Shown piece after piece: positions 17,701 through 28,429 of a stretch of 64,000 nt of DNA. A model generated the notes under the pieces. The model was not told the origin of the DNA. It saw only the letters and a list, made by a program, of their open reading frames with translations, and made no database searches. The position numbers and the translations under genes are program-made. Source of the stretch: Nitrospirota bacterium (GTDB taxonomy: Bacteria; Nitrospirota; Thermodesulfovibrionia; Thermodesulfovibrionales; JdFR-86); contig CAVRJY010000002.1 of the NCBI GenBank assembly GCA_963721805.1, positions 352,001 to 416,000 of the forward strand, written 5' to 3'. The number at the start of each line of letters is the position of its first letter. The first letter of the stretch is position 1.

Positions 17701-19627
17701 AACTAACATTCTTGCGGGTATACGGCAGCAGCCCGCCCGCCTCAACGAGTGCGGCCTCGCGCTCGTTCAGGCCCGACGTCACCTCGAACGAAAATCCCTT
17801 TGTCACGTCCTCGACCTTGCACGTGCCGCTCAGGCATCCCTTCGCGTCCGCGATGCGCAGCGTGTCTCCCTGCTCGATGCGGTCATAGTCGGCCGGGTTT
17901 TTAAACACGAGCGGAAGGACGCCGAAGTTGATGAGGTTGCTCCTATGTATGCGCGCGAAGGCCTTGGCTATCACGGCCTGAAGGCCGAGGTACATCGGGG
18001 CCATCGCGGCGTGCTCGCGCGATGAGCCCTGCCCGTAGTTGTCGCCGCCGACCACGAAGAAGCCATTGAGCCCTTTCGCCCGCTGGTCGAACCTGTCCTC
18101 GACCGTTCCGAAGACATAGGCCGAGATCGCCGGGATGTTCGAGCGCAGCGGGAGCACCTTCGATCCCGCGGGCATGATGTCGTCAGTCGTGATGTTGTCT
18201 CCAAGCTTTAGCGCGACGGTCGCCTCAACCGATCCCTGAAGCTCGGCCTTCACCGGGACTTCCTTTATGTTCGGGCCCTTGACGACCGGCACCGATGCGG
18301 CATCCGGGCGCGGCGGTATGAGCATGTTGTCGTTTATGAGGAATTTCTTTATATCCTTGAACTCGCCCACTGTGAGGTCGGTCTTGAACGGGTCGACGAA
18401 CTCGCCCTTGAGCGCGAATAGCGCGCACAAAAGCGGGTTCATCAGGTATACCGAGGCGGTCTTGTTGCCGCTTCTGCCGTGGAAGTTGCGGTTATACGAG
18501 CGCACGGATACCTGGTTCGTACCCGGCGTGCCGCCCATGCCTATGCACGGCCCGCACGATGCCTCGTACATCCGCGCGCCGGCCGAGACCATGTCAGCGA
18601 GCGAGCCGTCGCGGCCGAGCATCTCGTATACCTGCTTAGATCCGGGGTTTATAAGCAGGCTCACGCCCTTTGCAAGCGTGTGGCCCTTCAGAAGCGAGGC
18701 GACCTGCCTCATGCCCTGGTACGACGAGTTCGTGCAGCTCCCGATGCATGCCTGATGGATCTTCGTGCCGACGAGCGAGCTGATCGTGGCGACGTTGTCA
18801 GGGCTGTGGGGCTGCGCGGTGAGTGGCTCGACCGTCGAGAGGTCTATCTCTATAGTCTCTGCGTACTTCGCGCTTTTATCGGCTGAGAGCTTCGTCCAGT
18901 CGGCCTCGCGGCCCTGGGCCTTCAGGAAGGCGCGAGTGACCTTGTCAGACGGGAATACCGAGGTCGTCGCACCGAGTTCCGCGCCCATATTTGTAATGGT
19001 CGCGCGCTCGGTGAGGCTCAGGTCGAGGACGCCCTCGCCGGTGTACTCGAATATCTTCCCGACCCCGCCCTTTACGGTCAGGCGCCTGAGGAGCTCCAGT
19101 ATCACGTCCATCCCCGTGACCCAAGGCCTGCGGAGCTTTCCGGTTAATCTCACCTCGACTATCGCGGGCATCTTGAGTTCAAACGGCGCGCCGGCCATAA
19201 CGGTCGCGGCATCGAGGCCGCCCACACCGATAGCGAGCATCGCCATGCCGCCATTGGTGGGGGTGTGGCTGTCGGTGCCGAGCGCGATCATGCCGGGCTT
19301 GGCGAAGCGCTCCAGATTGATCTGGTGCGAGATGCCGTTTCCGGGACGCGAGAACCACGCCCCGAACCTCGCTGCGACTGACTCCAGGAATGCGTGGTCG
19401 TCAGCGTTCATGAAATCGGTCTGGAGCGTGTTGTGGTCTACGTATGAGACCGCAAGCGGGACCTTCACGCTGTCTACGCCTATAGCCTCGAACTGGAGCC
19501 ACGCCATCGTGCCGGTGGCGTCCTGCGTATAGACCTCGTCTATGCGGACGCCGATGGTCTCGCCTGCCTTTAATTTGCCGTATGCCCTGTGGGCCTCAAG
19601 TATCTTCTCGGCTACGTTTCTTCCCAT
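17699..19627 (-). CDS. Aconitate hydratase (short aconitase-family type)
   Basis: QDATGT, DSHT, IGSCTNSS, CGPCIG, NITTDDIMPAG and NYGQGSSREHAA. Start ATG 19627 after AGGAG. Confidence 0.88.
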   Translation of the reverse strand: MGRNVAEKILEAHRAYGKLKAGETIGVRIDEVYTQDATGTMAWLQFEAIGVDSVKVPLAVSYVDHNTLQTDFMNADDHAFLESVAARFGAWFSRPGNGISHQINLERFAKPGMIALGTDSHTPTNGGMAMLAIGVGGLDAATVMAGAPFELKMPAIVEVRLTGKLRRPWVTGMDVILELLRRLTVKGGVGKIFEYTGEGVLDLSLTERATITNMGAELGATTSVFPSDKVTRAFLKAQGREADWTKLSADKSAKYAETIEIDLSTVEPLTAQPHSPDNVATISSLVGTKIHQACIGSCTNSSYQGMRQVASLLKGHTLAKGVSLLINPGSKQVYEMLGRDGSLADMVSAGARMYEASCGPCIGMGGTPGTNQVSVRSYNRNFHGRSGNKTASVYLMNPLLCALFALKGEFVDPFKTDLTVGEFKDIKKFLINDNMLIPPRPDAASVPVVKGPNIKEVPVKAELQGSVEATVALKLGDNITTDDIMPAGSKVLPLRSNIPAISAYVFGTVEDRFDQRAKGLNGFFVVGGDNYGQGSSREHAAMAPMYLGLQAVIAKAFARIHRSNLINFGVLPLVFKNPADYDRIEQGDTLRIADAKGCLSGTCKVEDVTKGFSFEVTSGLNEREAALVEAGGLLPYTRKNVS

Positions 19628-19695
19628 TATCAAATCTCCTTTGTAGGTCTGAGCGTCTAATTTACCACAAGGCCGCATGCACAGTGCAAATAAGT

Positions 19696-19728
19696 AAAGG
19701 GTGCGAGGCTTGCGCCCCGCACCCCCCT
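19696..19728 (-). terminator. Intrinsic terminator after formate dehydrogenase
   Basis: Minus strand GGGTGCGGGGC-GCAA-GCCTCGCACCC-TTT. Confidence 0.6.
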
Positions 19729-19747
19729 TAGATTCGGATTATATGGG

Positions 19748-22453
19748 TTAGGCCTTCTCGACCTTGACGGCGCAGCTCTTGTACTCCGGCGTCCCGGTGA
19801 TCGGGTCGCGCACCCCCGAGGTCAGCAGGTTCGTGAGGCACTTGTCGAAATGGAACGTCATGAAAACGCTCCCCGGCTGCATCCGCCCGCTGATGTTGGC
19901 CTTAACCTTCACCTCACCGCGCCTTGAAGAAACCTTCGCCCACGAGCCGTCCTCGATCCCGAGCGCCGCCGCGTCCTCCGCGCTGATCTCCAGGAGCTCC
20001 TCGGGCACGAGCGCCATTATTCCAGGCACTCGGCGCGTAAACGAGCCGTTACAGTAGTGTTCGCGGATGCGGCCCGTAATCAGCGCCAGCGGGTATTCGC
20101 TGTCTGGCGGCTCCCCCGAGCCCTTATGGTCGAGCGCTACGAACCTGGCGAGCCCGCCGGGCCGCGCGAAGATATCGGTATAGAGCGTCGTGGTGCCGGG
20201 ATGGTCCTTGGTCGGGCAGGGCCACTGTATGCCGCGCTCCTCGATCCGGGCATAGCTTATGCCGCCGTATATAGGAGACAGCGAAGCGAGTTCGTCCATG
20301 ATCTCAGACGGATGGCTGTACTTCATCGGATAGCCCATGCGGGTAGAGAGCTCGCACAGCACCTCCCAGTCCGGCTTGCCGCAAAGCGGCTCGATGGCCT
20401 TGCGCACGCGCTGCACGCGGCGCTCGCCGTTCGTAAACGTCCCGTCCTTCTCGGCGAAGCTCGCGCCGGGCAGCACTACATGCGCGAATCTGGTCGTCTC
20501 ACAATGGAACAGGTCCATGACGACAAGGAATTCGAGCGACGCGAGCGCCTTCCAGACGTGGTTGAGATTCGGGTCGGTCTGGCCTATGTCATAGCCCATC
20601 ACGAAAAGGCCCTTGAAGTTGCCCTTAACGCATTCATCCAGCATCTCGACCGACTTGAGCCCGGCCTTCGGGTGCAGCTTCACCCCCCATGCGGCCTCGA
20701 ACTTCTCTCTCACCTTCGGGTCGAGCACCGACTGGTAGCCCGGTAATGATGCCGGGTAGGGCCCTACGTCCGATGCGCCCTGCACGTTGTTCTGGCCGCG
20801 AAGGGCCATGATCCCTGTAGACGGACGTCCGATGTGGCCGGTCACGAGCGCGAGGTTGGCGATGGCTATCGCGTTTTCCGTCCCGGTCTGGTGCTCGGTT
20901 ATGCCGAGGCCGTAGACGATCATGCCGTTGCGCGTGTGCGAATACATCCGCGCGGCCTCGACGATCTTGTCCTTTGATACGCCGGTGAGCTTCTCGACGC
21001 GGTCGAGGTCGTATTCCTTGACCTTCGAGCGCAGTTCCTCGATCCCCTCCGTGCGCTTGGCGATGAACTCCTTGTTCTCCCAGCCATTTTCAAGTATTAC
21101 GTTTACTATTCCGTTTAGCAGCGCGATGTTGCTTCCGGGCTTGAGGTTAAGCCATACGTCCGCGCGCCTGGCCATCCATGTCAGCCTCGGGTCGCCGACG
21201 ATGAGCTTCGCGCCGTTTCTGAGCGCGGCCTTCAGCCAGATCGAGACGATCGGGTGGCCCTCGTTCGGGTTTGAGCCGAAGAGGAAGAGCGTGTCGATGT
21301 CCGGCATCTGCGCCAGAGAGTTAGTAGCTGCCCCCGCCCCTAAGCTTGTGGCCAGACCGGCCACAGTGGGAGCGTGTCAGACTCGAGCGCAGTTGTCCAC
21401 GTTATTGGACCCCACTGCGCAGCGTACCAACTTCGATACCAGGTAGTTCTCTTCGTTTGTGCAGCGGGCCGATGAAAACGCGCCGACCTTCTCCGGGCCG
21501 TGCTTGGCGATCAGTTCCTTAAACTTGCTCGCGACCAGGGTTAACGCCTCGTCCCACGATGCCTCGCGGAACGTCCCGTCCTCCTTGCGGATCAACGGAG
21601 TGGTGATGCGGTCGGGGCTGTGGATGAAGTCATACCCGTACCTGCCCTTGATGCAGAGGTTGCCCTGGTTGACCGGGGCGTCTAGGTCGGATGAGACCTT
21701 CACGACCTTGCCGTCGCGGACGTTTAGAAAGAAGTTACAGCCCGTGCCGCAGTATGAGCAGGTGGTCTTGACCTTCTTGAGGTCCGCCGCGCGGCCCTTG
21801 CCCCGGCCCTTGGTGTCCGTGAGCGCGCCGGTCGGGCAGGTCGAGACGCACTGGCCGCAGAACTCGCAGTTCTCCAGCGAACGCGGGCGTGCGTATGCGG
21901 TGTCCGGCATCGAGTTGAACCCGCGGCCGGTCATGTCTATCGTGCCCGCCATCACGACGTCGTTGCAGATGCGGGTGCAGCGGCCGCATAAGATACATTT
22001 GTTCGGCTCGTACGTTATGAAGGGGTTGTCCTGCCTGATCGGGAGCGCCCATTTCTCGCCCTCGTACTTGCCGAACTGGACCCCGTAGTGGTAAGCCATG
22101 TTCTGGAGCGAGCAGTCGCCGCAGGCCTCGCAGGTCATGCACTCGTTGGGATGATTGGAAAGAAGGAGCGCCAGGACCTCCTTGCGGATCTTGGTGAGGC
22201 GCTCGTTTTCGGTCGTGATCTCCATGCCCTCGTCGGCCGGGGTGGTGCAGGCCGGCAGGAGCTTTCTGACGCCCTTGATCTCGATGAGGCAGAGCCTGCA
22301 GCCGCCGTATGGTTCGAGGCGGTCGTCGTGGCAGAGGGTCGGGACGAATATCCCGGCGCCCTTGCAGACCTCCAACACGGTCTTGCCGCGCTCAAAGGCG
22401 ATCTCTATTCCGTTGATCTTCATCTTCAGCCCAACCGCAGCGTCAGTGCCCAA
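19748..22453 (-). CDS. fdhF: Selenocysteine-containing formate dehydrogenase alpha subunit (901 aa, Sec at TGA 21377-21379)
   Basis: ORFs 21377..22453 and 19748..21364 are in the same frame and read NNVDNCARV-TGA-HAPTVAGL. Also LRGQNNVQG, an N-terminal Fe-S domain and C-terminal TPEYK. Confidence 0.93.
21347..21365 (-). promoter_or_regulatory. Bacterial SECIS hairpin
   Basis: TGTGGCC-GGTCT-GGCCACA stem-loop starting 11 nt after the in-frame UGA. Confidence 0.8.
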
Positions 22454-22517
22454 TTTCTATCTCCCCTTGGTATATGGATATCCCTGACAATAAACTGTTA
22501 ATTATACCTGTCCGTTT

Positions 22518-22546
22518 ATGATAAGTGGTCGATCCCATTCTGTCAA
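22518..22546 (-). promoter_or_regulatory. sigma70-type promoter for fdh
   Basis: TTGACA-17 nt-TATCAT on the minus strand. Confidence 0.6.
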
Positions 22547-22576
22547 GTCGCGGTGCGGGTTTGGGGCTCATGAAGT

Positions 22577-22606
22577 TTGACAATCTTTCCGATAAGACAG
22601 TAGAAT
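22577..22606 (+). promoter_or_regulatory. sigma70-type promoter for clpC
   Basis: TTGACA-18 nt-TAGAAT. Confidence 0.6.
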
Positions 22607-22617
22607 TAAATTAAGAG

Positions 22618-25065
22618 GTGAACGATATGTTTGAAAAGTTTACTGAGCGCGGTAGAAAAGTAATAATCTACGCGAAGGAAGAGGCCGAGCGCAGGCAGAA
22701 CGACTACCTCGGCACCGAGCACCTCCTCCTGGCCATCCTCCGGGACGAGGACTCCCTCCCAATATCCATTCTCAAGAAGATGGGTCTCTCGATCGAGGAC
22801 CTTAAAATGGAAATCGACCGCAACCTGCCCCTTGGGAGCAACATCCTGACGTTCGGGGACATCCCCTTCACGCCCAGGGCCAAAAAGGTCCTGGAACTCG
22901 CGGTAGAGGAGGCCCGGCTCCTGGGCCACAACTACATAGGCAGCGAGCACCTGCTGCTGGGCATCATCCGCGAAGACGAGGGCATAGCCGGAAAAATCCT
23001 TAGAAACTACGGCGCAAGCCTCCTTGGGGCCCGCCAGCTCGCTATCAACCTCTCGATGCGCGCCACTCCCTTTGTTAAGGAGAAAAAGAGCGCGACCCCG
23101 GCGTTGGACGAGTTCGGCCGGGACATCACGAGGCTCGCCAAGGACAAGGCCCTGGACCCCGTGATCGGGCGCGACTCGGAGATCGAGCGCGTGATGCAGA
23201 TCCTGGGCAGGAGGCTCAAGAACAACCCGGCCCTGATAGGCGAGCCCGGCGTGGGCAAGACCGCTATTGTGGAGGGCCTGGCCCAGAAGATAGTCGCGGG
23301 CGACGTGCCCGAAAACCTGCTTGGCAAGCGCATAGTCTCGCTGGATTTGGGCGGGCTGATAGCAGGGACGAAGTACCGCGGCCAGTTCGAGGAGCGGCTT
23401 AAGGTCGTTATGAAAGAAGTGGTAGCGGCCGACAACGTGATACTCTTCATCGACGAGTTTCACACCCTCGTCGGCGCGGGTGCGGCCGAGGGCTCGGTAG
23501 ACGCCTCGAGCATGCTGAAGCCCGCGCTCTCGCGCGGCGAGATCCAGTGCATCGGGACCTCGACCCCGAACGAGTACCGCAAGTACATCGAGAAGGACGG
23601 CGCGCTGGAGCGCAGGTTCCAGTCCGTCATGGTGCAGCCGCCGCAGAGCGACGTCGCGGTCGAGATACTGCTCGGCCTCAAGAGCAGGTACGAAAACCAC
23701 CACAAGGTGAAGTACACCGAGGACGCCCTAACGGGCGCGGTCAAGCTCGCAGAACGCTACATCCCGGACCGTTTCCTCCCGGATAAGGCCATAGACGTCA
23801 TCGACGAGACCGGCTCGCGCCTTAGGCTCAAGACCCATATGCAGCCGACCGAGATACGCGAGATGGAGCAGGACATGCAGCGGCTCGTGAAGGAGCGCAA
23901 CCTCTACGCCAAGCTCCACGACGTCGAGCGCTCGGCCTCCGTCCGCGACGAGGAGGAGCGCATCCGCCGCATCTACGACCAGCGCCTCTCGGAGTGGCGC
24001 GAGAACCTCTACAGGGAGGTCCCGGTCGTCTCGGAAGAGGACATAGCCTATACCGTGGCCAAGATGACCGGCATCCCGATCTTCAAGATCGAGGAGAAGG
24101 AGTCCGAGAAGCTCCTGCGCATGCACGAGTTCCTGCACAAGCGCATAGTCGGGCAGGACGAGGGCGTGATGGCCGTCGCCCGCGCGATCAAGCGCTCGCG
24201 CGCCGGGCTCAAGGGCAGAAAGCGCCCGATAGGGTCGTTCTTCTTCCTCGGCCCCACCGGGGTCGGGAAGACCGAGCTTGCGCGCGCGCTGGCGGAGTTC
24301 CTCTTTGACGACGAAAACGCGCTCATCAAGGTCGACATGTCGGAGTACATGGAGCGCTTCAACGTATCGAAGCTCACCGGCGCGCCTCCCGGCTACGTCG
24401 GGTACGAGGAGGGCGGGCAGCTCACCGAGAAGATCAGGAAGAAGCCTTACTCGGTCGTCCTGTTCGACGAGATAGAGAAGGCGCACCCGGACGTCTTCAA
24501 CATCCTCCTGCAAGTGCTGGACGAGGGAGTGCTGACCGATACCTACGGCCGCAAGGTCGACTTCAAAAACACGGTCATCATCATGACCTCGAATTTGGGC
24601 GCGAGGATCATCGACAAGTCCACGCCCCTGGGGTTCCAGAAGTCCTCGGACAATACGGTGTACACCCAGATCAAGGAAAACGTGCTCTCGGAGCTCAGGA
24701 AGACCTTCAACCCCGAGTTTTTAAACCGCGTGGACGATATCGTCGTGTTCCACCCGCTCGTCAAGGAGCACCTGATGAAGATCGTCGACCTGCTCGTGGA
24801 GGAGACGAACCGCCAGCTCATCGAGCAGGAGATCGTGCTCGAGCTGGACGTCGATGCGAAGGAATGGCTGATAAACAAGTACTTCCAGCCGGTCTACGGC
24901 GCGCGGCCGATGCGCAGGGCCGTGCAGAAAGAGATCGAGGACAAGCTCTCGGAGGAGATCCTCAAGGGCAAATTCAGGGGCGCAAACAAGATACGCATCG
25001 TCTTGGAGGGCAACGAACTGGGGTTCGTGCCCGTAGAGGTCCCGGTCCTTACCGGAGTAAATTGA
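22618..25065 (+). CDS. clpC: ATP-dependent Clp protease ATP-binding subunit ClpC
   Basis: Clp-N repeats ([15 protein letters not shown]), Walker motifs GEPGVGKT and [21 protein letters not shown] and an LGF loop. The start may be ATG 22627. Confidence 0.93.
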   Translation: MNDMFEKFTERGRKVIIYAKEEAERRQNDYLGTEHLLLAILRDEDSLPISILKKMGLSIEDLKMEIDRNLPLGSNILTFGDIPFTPRAKKVLELAVEEARLLGHNYIGSEHLLLGIIREDEGIAGKILRNYGASLLGARQLAINLSMRATPFVKEKKSATPALDEFGRDITRLAKDKALDPVIGRDSEIERVMQILGRRLKNNPALIGEPGVGKTAIVEGLAQKIVAGDVPENLLGKRIVSLDLGGLIAGTKYRGQFEERLKVVMKEVVAADNVILFIDEFHTLVGAGAAEGSVDASSMLKPALSRGEIQCIGTSTPNEYRKYIEKDGALERRFQSVMVQPPQSDVAVEILLGLKSRYENHHKVKYTEDALTGAVKLAERYIPDRFLPDKAIDVIDETGSRLRLKTHMQPTEIREMEQDMQRLVKERNLYAKLHDVERSASVRDEEERIRRIYDQRLSEWRENLYREVPVVSEEDIAYTVAKMTGIPIFKIEEKESEKLLRMHEFLHKRIVGQDEGVMAVARAIKRSRAGLKGRKRPIGSFFFLGPTGVGKTELARALAEFLFDDENALIKVDMSEYMERFNVSKLTGAPPGYVGYEEGGQLTEKIRKKPYSVVLFDEIEKAHPDVFNILLQVLDEGVLTDTYGRKVDFKNTVIIMTSNLGARIIDKSTPLGFQKSSDNTVYTQIKENVLSELRKTFNPEFLNRVDDIVVFHPLVKEHLMKIVDLLVEETNRQLIEQEIVLELDVDAKEWLINKYFQPVYGARPMRRAVQKEIEDKLSEEILKGKFRGANKIRIVLEGNELGFVPVEVPVLTGVN

Positions 25066-25628
25066 CCGCCCGCTTGACAGCAACCAGGGCCGGGGGCGCC
25101 GCATGGCGCCTCCGGCTTTTATTTGCGCTCGCCGCCCTCGCGCTCGTGCTGGGGGCCTGCAAGCCGACAGCCCCCAAGCCCGCAGCCCCGCTCGTTGAGG
25201 GCAGGCCGGCCCCGGTCTTCGCGACCAAGGACTTCAGCGGGCAGACCGTGGATATCGCGAGCTTCAGGGGCAAGGTCGTGCTCATTAACTTCTGGGCCAC
25301 GTGGTGCCCGCCGTGCAGGGGCGAGATACCCTCGCTCCAAAGGCTCTATGATACGCTCAAAGGAGACCCCTCGTTCGTGATGTACGGAGTGCTCTATAAG
25401 GACGACATCTCCGCGGCCAAGCGGTTCATGGCGCAGGGCGGGATAACGTTTCCGATGCTCAGCGACCCGGACTTTGTCGCGTCCTCGATATATGGCCTGA
25501 CCGGCGTGCCCGAGACCTACATCATCGACAAAAAAGGCATTCTCCGGAAGAAGATAATCGGCCCGGCGGAGTTCGACTCGCCCGCTGCTATCGCGTTCTT
25601 TAAGTCCCTTCTGTCCGAAGCCCCCTGA
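25062..25628 (+). CDS. TlpA/ResA-family thiol-disulfide oxidoreductase (lipoprotein)
   Basis: LINFWATWCPPCRGE, GVPETYIID and lipobox LGAC. The start (TTG 25062) is approximate. Confidence 0.85.
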   Translation: MTARLTATRAGGAAWRLRLLFALAALALVLGACKPTAPKPAAPLVEGRPAPVFATKDFSGQTVDIASFRGKVVLINFWATWCPPCRGEIPSLQRLYDTLKGDPSFVMYGVLYKDDISAAKRFMAQGGITFPMLSDPDFVASSIYGLTGVPETYIIDKKGILRKKIIGPAEFDSPAAIAFFKSLLSEAP

Positions 25629-25637
25629 CAGACGGCT

Positions 25638-27026
25638 CTAACCCAGCCGCTTCAGTATCTCTCTCGCCGCGACCACGCCTGACGCGGATGCCTGAATCAG
25701 CCCCCGGCTCACGCCCGCGCCGTCCCCGGCCGCGAAGAGGTTTCCGACCGGCGTCTCGAGATTCTCGGTCAGCCTCAGCTGCATCGAGTAGAACTTGACC
25801 TCTACGCCGTACAAAAGCGTATGGCGCGAGTTCACGCCCGGAGCTATGCGGTCGAGGGCCTCGAGCATTTCCAATATGTCCGCGAGGTAGCGGTAGGGTA
25901 TTACGAAGCTCAGGTCCCCGGGCGTGGCGTCTTTGAGCGTCGGGTGGACATGGCCCTTGGCGATGCGCTCGGGGGTCGAGCGGCGTCCGGCCCTCAGGTC
26001 GCCCAATCTTTGCACTATCACGCCCTTGCCGATGAAGTTCGCGAGGCCCGCGATGAAGCGGCCGTACTCTATCGGCTCGTTGAAGGGCTCGGTGAAGGTC
26101 GTGCTCACGAGCAGGGCGAAGTTCGTGTTGTTCGTGGTATGGTCCTCGTTGCTGTGGCCGTTGACGGTCCATGCGCCCTTGATGTGCTCCTTTACTACCT
26201 CGCCGTATGGGTTTACGCAGAACGTCCGCACGCGGTCGTCAAATAGTCTGGTGCTGTACAGGAGCTTCGGCTCGTACGCGGCCGAGGTCAGGTGTTCCAT
26301 CACCGAGGCCGGCAGTTCGACCCTCACCCCGATGTCGACCGGGTTTTGAAGCGTGGGGAGCTTGAGCCTCCGGCTTTCGCCTTCGAGCCATTTGGAGCCC
26401 TCGCGGCCCGGCGCTAGTATGACGTAATCGGCCCGGTGCTCCGCGCCGCCTGAGAGCCTCACGCCCGCGGCCCGGCCGTGCTCGGTCAGGACGCGCTCGG
26501 CCTGGGTATCGAAGAGCACCCGGACCCTGGCCTTATCGAGCCAGAGCTGCATCTTTTTGAGCACCTTGAGGCAGCGGTCGGTGCCAATATGGCGTATGCG
26601 CGTGGGGACGAACTCGAGGTCGTTCTTCGATGCCAGCCGGATGAACTCAGCGGTGCGCTCCGGGTCGCCGCCGAAGACTTTGTTCGGGGCGCCGAACCTT
26701 ACGTATGCCGCGTCGACGTACGCGATCATCTCCTCGAGGCGGGCGCGGTCCATGTAGCTTAAAAGGTGGCCGCCTATATCGGGGGATAGCGTGAGCTTGC
26801 CGTCGCTGAACGCCCCGGCCCCGCCCCATCCGCTGATGATCGAGCACTCAGGGCACGAGGCGCACGGGACGTTGTGAGCCTTCATCGGGCAGACCCGTTT
26901 ATCGAGGTCGCGGCCCTTCTCGACCATAAGTATCTTTAGATCTTTCCTGGCTGACGCAAGCTCCATCGCCGCGAATATCCCGGCCGGGCCGGTGCCAACT
27001 ATTATGACGTCGAAATCTTTTTTCAT
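25638..27026 (-). CDS. NAD(P)/FAD-dependent oxidoreductase
   Basis: IIVGTGPAG dinucleotide motif, GGAGAFSDGKL, HIGTD, GDGAGVSRGL. Confidence 0.85.
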   Translation of the reverse strand: MKKDFDVIIVGTGPAGIFAAMELASARKDLKILMVEKGRDLDKRVCPMKAHNVPCASCPECSIISGWGGAGAFSDGKLTLSPDIGGHLLSYMDRARLEEMIAYVDAAYVRFGAPNKVFGGDPERTAEFIRLASKNDLEFVPTRIRHIGTDRCLKVLKKMQLWLDKARVRVLFDTQAERVLTEHGRAAGVRLSGGAEHRADYVILAPGREGSKWLEGESRRLKLPTLQNPVDIGVRVELPASVMEHLTSAAYEPKLLYSTRLFDDRVRTFCVNPYGEVVKEHIKGAWTVNGHSNEDHTTNNTNFALLVSTTFTEPFNEPIEYGRFIAGLANFIGKGVIVQRLGDLRAGRRSTPERIAKGHVHPTLKDATPGDLSFVIPYRYLADILEMLEALDRIAPGVNSRHTLLYGVEVKFYSMQLRLTENLETPVGNLFAAGDGAGVSRGLIQASASGVVAAREILKRLG

Positions 27027-27030
27027 CGGG

Positions 27031-27429
27031 TCAGTCCGCCATGAGCTTGATTGTTGCGCGCCGGCTGCGCGGTCCGTCGAACTCGCAGAAATATACCGCC
27101 TGCCACGTGCCGAGGCCGAGCCTGCCGCCCTCTACCGGGATCGTGCAGCTTGATCCCATGAGCGAGGCCTTGATGTGGGCGTCGGAGTTGCCCTCGGCGT
27201 GTCTGAAGCCGTGCTCGTGCGGGACGAGGTGGGTCAGGTGGGCGTTGACGTCGCGCTGCACCTCCGGGTCCGCGCCTTCGTTGATCGTAACCCCGGCGGT
27301 CGTATGCGGCACATATACCACGCAGATGCCGTCTTCGATCCCGGATTCACCGAGCGTAGCGGCCACCTGCGAGGTTATGTCGATGAACTCTATCCTCTGC
27401 CTGCTATTGATGCCTATGTGCTTGATCAT
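27031..27429 (-). CDS. yjbQ: YjbQ/UPF0047 family protein
   Basis: HTTAGVTINE, HAEGNSDAHIKASL, LGTWQ, EFDGPR. Confidence 0.9.
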   Translation of the reverse strand: MIKHIGINSRQRIEFIDITSQVAATLGESGIEDGICVVYVPHTTAGVTINEGADPEVQRDVNAHLTHLVPHEHGFRHAEGNSDAHIKASLMGSSCTIPVEGGRLGLGTWQAVYFCEFDGPRSRRATIKLMAD

Positions 27430-28429
27430 CCGGGCCTCCAAGCAGCAGGTCGTAAAACCCCGCGTCGACTACGAAATCCATGAGCACCCAGCAGAGGTTG
27501 GAGGACAGCTCCATATTTCCAGGCAGCTTGCCGCCGGGCAGCCTCATTATATCCTTTTCTGTCGTGATCGTCCACGAGGCGTTCAGGCGGGCCGCCTCGG
27601 CCGCGATATGGCGGATATCAGCCTCTGTGTATGCGTGGTGGTCGGCGTATTGCGCGTGGCCCGCGACCTCCACCCCGACGGACTTAAGCGTGGCCATGAA
27701 CGAGTCCGGGTCTCCGATGCCGCTGAAGGCATAGGCCGTTTTACCGCTCAGCGCGTCCGGGGCCATCGTCTCGCCCGAAGCGGTGCGTATGCCGGTTACC
27801 GCATGCGAGGCACGGTATATCGGGACGTCCGGGCTCCGGTGGAGAACCTCGCGCTGCAGCACCGAGGTATCGACGCCCTCGCTCTTCGTGAGCACGACCG
27901 CGTCGGCGCGAGTGATGGCCGAGAGCGGCTCGCGCAGCAGGCCCATCGGCAGCAGCCGCTCGTTGTCAAAGGGGTCGGTAGAGTTAATCAGCAGGACGTC
28001 GATGTCGCGCATAAGCTCGCGGTGCTGGAACCCGTCGTCTAATATGAAGAGATCCGGCGGCGGAGCGAGCTTGTCCAACGCAAAAAGCCCGGAGCGGTAT
28101 CTGTTGCGCCCAGCCACTACCGGTATCTCGAATCGGAGCCTCCCGGCCATCAGGAGCGGCTCGTCGCCGACATCCGCCGCGCGCATTCCTTCTTTGATGA
28201 TCACGGCGTCCCTGACGCCTGCCTTGTACCCCCGCGTGAGGATGCAGGGCCGAAGCCCGCGCCTGCGGGCCTCCGTGGCGAGCGCGACGGTGCAGGGCGT
28301 CTTCCCGGTGCCCCCGGTCGTGATGTTGCCGATGCTGATGACCTTGACCGGGAGCGCCTTTCTCAGAATGCGCTTTCTGAGCGCGTCGAGTCTGAGGCCC
28401 AGGTAGTATATGAACTCGAAAAGTCCCAT
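27404..28429 (-). CDS. lpxK: Tetraacyldisaccharide 4'-kinase
   Basis: ISIGNITTGGTGKTP, LTRGY, GDEPLL, LDDGFQH, TTEKD. Confidence 0.95.
   Translation of the reverse strand: MGLFEFIYYLGLRLDALRKRILRKALPVKVISIGNITTGGTGKTPCTVALATEARRRGLRPCILTRGYKAGVRDAVIIKEGMRAADVGDEPLLMAGRLRFEIPVVAGRNRYRSGLFALDKLAPPPDLFILDDGFQHRELMRDIDVLLINSTDPFDNERLLPMGLLREPLSAITRADAVVLTKSEGVDTSVLQREVLHRSPDVPIYRASHAVTGIRTASGETMAPDALSGKTAYAFSGIGDPDSFMATLKSVGVEVAGHAQYADHHAYTEADIRHIAAEAARLNASWTITTEKDIMRLPGGKLPGNMELSSNLCWVLMDFVVDAGFYDLLLGGPDDQAHRHQ

Noticed and set aside
19748..22453. FDH as a nonsense pseudogene or two-gene split
   Set aside because: The TGA is at the catalytic Sec position with a SECIS-like hairpin and the frame is preserved.
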